IMG/VR virus record: IMGVR_UViG_3300031519_000033
Coordinates: 1 to 50,376 of that record
Strand: one strand, 5' to 3'
Origin: a virus
Taxonomy: Duplodnaviria > Caudoviricetes
DNA length: 50,376 nt
Shown: positions 48,106 through 50,376 of the stretch, one piece after another
Position numbering within the stretch: position 1 is the stretch's first letter
Layout of the letters: every line of letters begins with the position of its first letter
Notes under the pieces: model-generated
What the model saw: only the letters and a program-made list of their open reading frames with translations
Told to the model about the DNA's origin: nothing
Databases searched by the model: none
Position numbers and translations under genes: made by a program

Positions 48106-48122
48106 TAAAATTAATACACTAT

Positions 48123-48989
48123 ATGAGAATTAAAGTTTGCCAATTCAAGGCAAGTCCAATCGCAATGGCACCGGACGTGTTATCTGACTGTATCAATAAG
48201 TATTCAACTGACTTTGTATCTCACGTATGCGGACCTCGTTCAATTAATCCTACGCCACAAGAAGGAACTGCATTATTACATTGTCATAACAAAATACCTG
48301 GAAATATTAGAGTTGCAAATAGGATAATACAATACCACAGTGAGCCATTTCAGGTTGATTTAAAGTCTCCAGTCAAAACGAGATTGGTGATCGCCCAGTA
48401 TCATGCGACACTTCCTGAATACAGAACATGTAAGCTAGTAAGAAACATTATAGACTTTAACGATCCTGTATATAATTATAATAGGGTTGATAATAAAATT
48501 AGAATAGGATATTCTCCAAGTCGAACTACAAAGATGGGACAATGGCACGATAAGGGATACGATGCAACTATTAGAATATTAAATTCGATTAAAGAAAAGT
48601 ATCCAACTCTTGTTGACGTAGATGTAATACGTAAAGTTGGATTAAATGAATGTATTGAACGTAAATCTAAGTGCAACATTATTATTGATGAATGTGTAAC
48701 TTCAAGTTATCATAGATCAGGATTAGAAGGATTAGCTCTTGGTAAATTAACAATATGCTCATTGGATCCTGCAATTGAGAACGTTATAGTGAAAGCAACT
48801 AAGACTCCAACTCACCCGTTTGTTAATGTGTGGATTAGAGATCTACAATCTAAACTTGAAGAATTAATAGATGGTGGAATCGATCCTATTTTAGAAAACG
48901 GAAGAAACTCTAGACAATGGATGGAATCATATTGGAAACCGCAGGATATAATTAAAGAATTCGAAAATATTTACAAGAAATCAACATGA
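48123..48989 (+). CDS. GT-B-fold glycosyltransferase-like protein
   Basis: IRIGYSPS..KG, CNIIIDE, SGLEGLALGKLTI and GRNSRQWME resemble a GT4-like C-terminal domain. Confidence 0.7.
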   Translation: MRIKVCQFKASPIAMAPDVLSDCINKYSTDFVSHVCGPRSINPTPQEGTALLHCHNKIPGNIRVANRIIQYHSEPFQVDLKSPVKTRLVIAQYHATLPEYRTCKLVRNIIDFNDPVYNYNRVDNKIRIGYSPSRTTKMGQWHDKGYDATIRILNSIKEKYPTLVDVDVIRKVGLNECIERKSKCNIIIDECVTSSYHRSGLEGLALGKLTICSLDPAIENVIVKATKTPTHPFVNVWIRDLQSKLEELIDGGIDPILENGRNSRQWMESYWKPQDIIKEFENIYKKST

Positions 48990-49618
48990 ATATCATAAAC
49001 ACCGTGTTTGACAAAATATATTGCATTAATCTAGATTCTAGAACAGATAGATGGGAAAGATCTTATAACTTATTCAAGCAATTAGGAATAAATGTAACTC
49101 GATATTCGGCAAATCCAGGAACTGGATATAGTCATAATAAATTCATAAATAAAGGTGAACATGGATGCTTATTAAGCCACATGGAAGTGATGCAAGAAGC
49201 GGAATCTAACAATCTAGGCAATATCCTTATTTTAGAAGACGATATTGAATTTGTAAGAGGATTCACGGGTAAATTTGAAGAATTATGGGACAATACGCCG
49301 ACGGATTGGGATTTATTATACCTAGGAGCAAATAATCAAGGAACACTTAACGAAAAAGCTCCAAATATTTATAGAGCAGATAAACTACTCACAACTAGTA
49401 GTTATGCCGTGAATTCTACCACTCGTAAGTTGCTAATCAGTGAAATTAGACGTATGGATGTTCCTGTTGATAATATATTTACACGAGTTCAAGCTAGAGT
49501 TAACTGCTACTTATATAAACCATACATTACTTACCAAAGAGAAGGATTCAGTGATATCCGAGGAGGATTTCGTAACTACGATAGAGTTCTTAGAAAATAC
49601 AGCACCGATCATGAATAA
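48986..49618 (+). CDS. Glycosyltransferase family 25
   Basis: IYCINLDSRTDRW, GCLLSH, LILEDD and WDLLYLG. Confidence 0.88.
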   Translation: MNIINTVFDKIYCINLDSRTDRWERSYNLFKQLGINVTRYSANPGTGYSHNKFINKGEHGCLLSHMEVMQEAESNNLGNILILEDDIEFVRGFTGKFEELWDNTPTDWDLLYLGANNQGTLNEKAPNIYRADKLLTTSSYAVNSTTRKLLISEIRRMDVPVDNIFTRVQARVNCYLYKPYITYQREGFSDIRGGFRNYDRVLRKYSTDHE

Positions 49619-50222
49619 AAAATTAGTAGACTTCCATAACATACACGAAGGAGCGAAGATTGTCGTCTGTGGGTGCGGAATGTCGCTCTTGGATTTTGAA
49701 CCTCATCATAAAGATTTCATAACCATTGGGGTAAATGATGTGCCTCAATTATTTTCACCTACCTATAATTTAGTGACAGATCATCCTAATAGATTCAATT
49801 CACATCGACAAAAGATAGTTAATGAAGGTGATTATAAACACCTATTCACATGTGTAGGAGGATGGAGGCATCCAAATATAATTAACTTTGATTTAGGAGC
49901 AAAGGGAGCACCTAACTTAGCGGATCCTACTAAAGTTGATCACTTTCTAAATTCACCATACACTGGGATTAATATCGCATATAAATTAGGAGCAAGGCAA
50001 ATTGCAATAGTAGGAGTAGATTTTACAGATGGACATTTCTATTCAAAGAAAGATGGACCCCATTCCCTTTCAAGAATGAACTACATAACTGATTTAGAAT
50101 GGGGATATGATCACATTAAAAATGAGCTTAAAAAATTAGGAGCAGATTTATATAACTTAAGTTCAAGTAGTAAAATAGAATCTCTTCCAAAGATAAGTGT
50201 AGAAGAATTTAAAGCATTATGA
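49611..50222 (+). CDS. Maf/DUF115-like (sialyltransferase-like fold) protein; start reassigned to ATG 49611
   Basis: IVVCGCGMSL, TIGVN and AYKLGARQIAIVGVDF. Confidence 0.65.
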   Translation: MNKKLVDFHNIHEGAKIVVCGCGMSLLDFEPHHKDFITIGVNDVPQLFSPTYNLVTDHPNRFNSHRQKIVNEGDYKHLFTCVGGWRHPNIINFDLGAKGAPNLADPTKVDHFLNSPYTGINIAYKLGARQIAIVGVDFTDGHFYSKKDGPHSLSRMNYITDLEWGYDHIKNELKKLGADLYNLSSSSKIESLPKISVEEFKAL

Positions 50223-50376
50223 AAATAATAATACCAGCAAGGGAAGGCTCCAAGGGACTCCCACATAAAAACCGTAAGCTATTTAAGCATACCGCAGATA
50301 TCATACCTGATGAGCTCAAAGGGGATGTGTATGTATATACAGACGATGCTGACATTCAAATAATGGCAGTTCAACG
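50219..50376 (+). CDS. neuA: CMP-N-acylneuraminate/CMP-sugar synthetase (cytidylyltransferase), 3'-truncated
   Basis: MKIIIPAREGSKGLPHKN...VYTDD matches the IPARxGSKxxxxKN motif. Absent from the supplied ORF track. Confidence 0.75.
   Translation, partial: MKIIIPAREGSKGLPHKNRKLFKHTADIIPDELKGDVYVYTDDADIQIMAVQ

Noticed and set aside
1146-48679. Many short antisense or nested ORFs in the supplied track (e.g. 1581-1934, 4858-5499, 38630-39127, 44667-44993)
   Set aside because: They are shadow ORFs lying within well-supported genes, with no motifs or leaders of their own.
1-50376. Alternative genetic code (TAG or TGA recoding), as seen in some large phages
   Set aside because: Conserved genes are intact under the standard code, and TAG/TGA end genes at sensible positions followed by new starts.
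1-50376. CRISPR array, rRNA, canonical tRNA, integrase or transposase
   Set aside because: No repeat-spacer array, no T-loop/CCA cloverleaf and no recombinase or transposase motifs were seen by eye.

Overview
This 50 kb window is AT-rich, densely coding and uses the standard genetic code. It comes from a large T4-superfamily-like myovirus (jumbo phage). The host is probably a Bacteroidota/Flavobacteriia bacterium, inferred from A-rich leaders without Shine-Dalgarno sites, a Bacteroidota-type NrdJ and an Hc1-like histone. The + strand mostly carries replication and nucleotide genes: gp32 SSB, RNase H, the N-terminal half of a split PolB, UvsX, gp41 helicase, gp46/47, a DinG-like helicase, topoisomerase II, dUTPase, NrdJ, ThyA, a dCMP-hydroxymethylase-like enzyme and dCMP deaminase. 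It also carries host-like genes (GroEL, GroES, an S1-like ribosomal protein, Hc1) and a glycosyltransferase/CMP-sugar cluster at the right end. Virion genes (tail sheath, tail tube, major capsid, protease-scaffold fusion, holin-like protein) and DnaJ are scattered on the - strand. Two promoter classes are readable directly: AAAC-N16-GTATAAT before non-structural operons and ATAAATA before virion genes. Highlights are a likely cytosine-modification pathway, a nonulosonate-type glycosylation module, a set of proteins with T4-like capsid-targeting N-termini, a whole gene sitting inside the loop of a terminator-like inverted repeat, and several structured RNA candidates at operon 3' ends. All protein calls come from motif recognition by eye; no database search or folding program was run.
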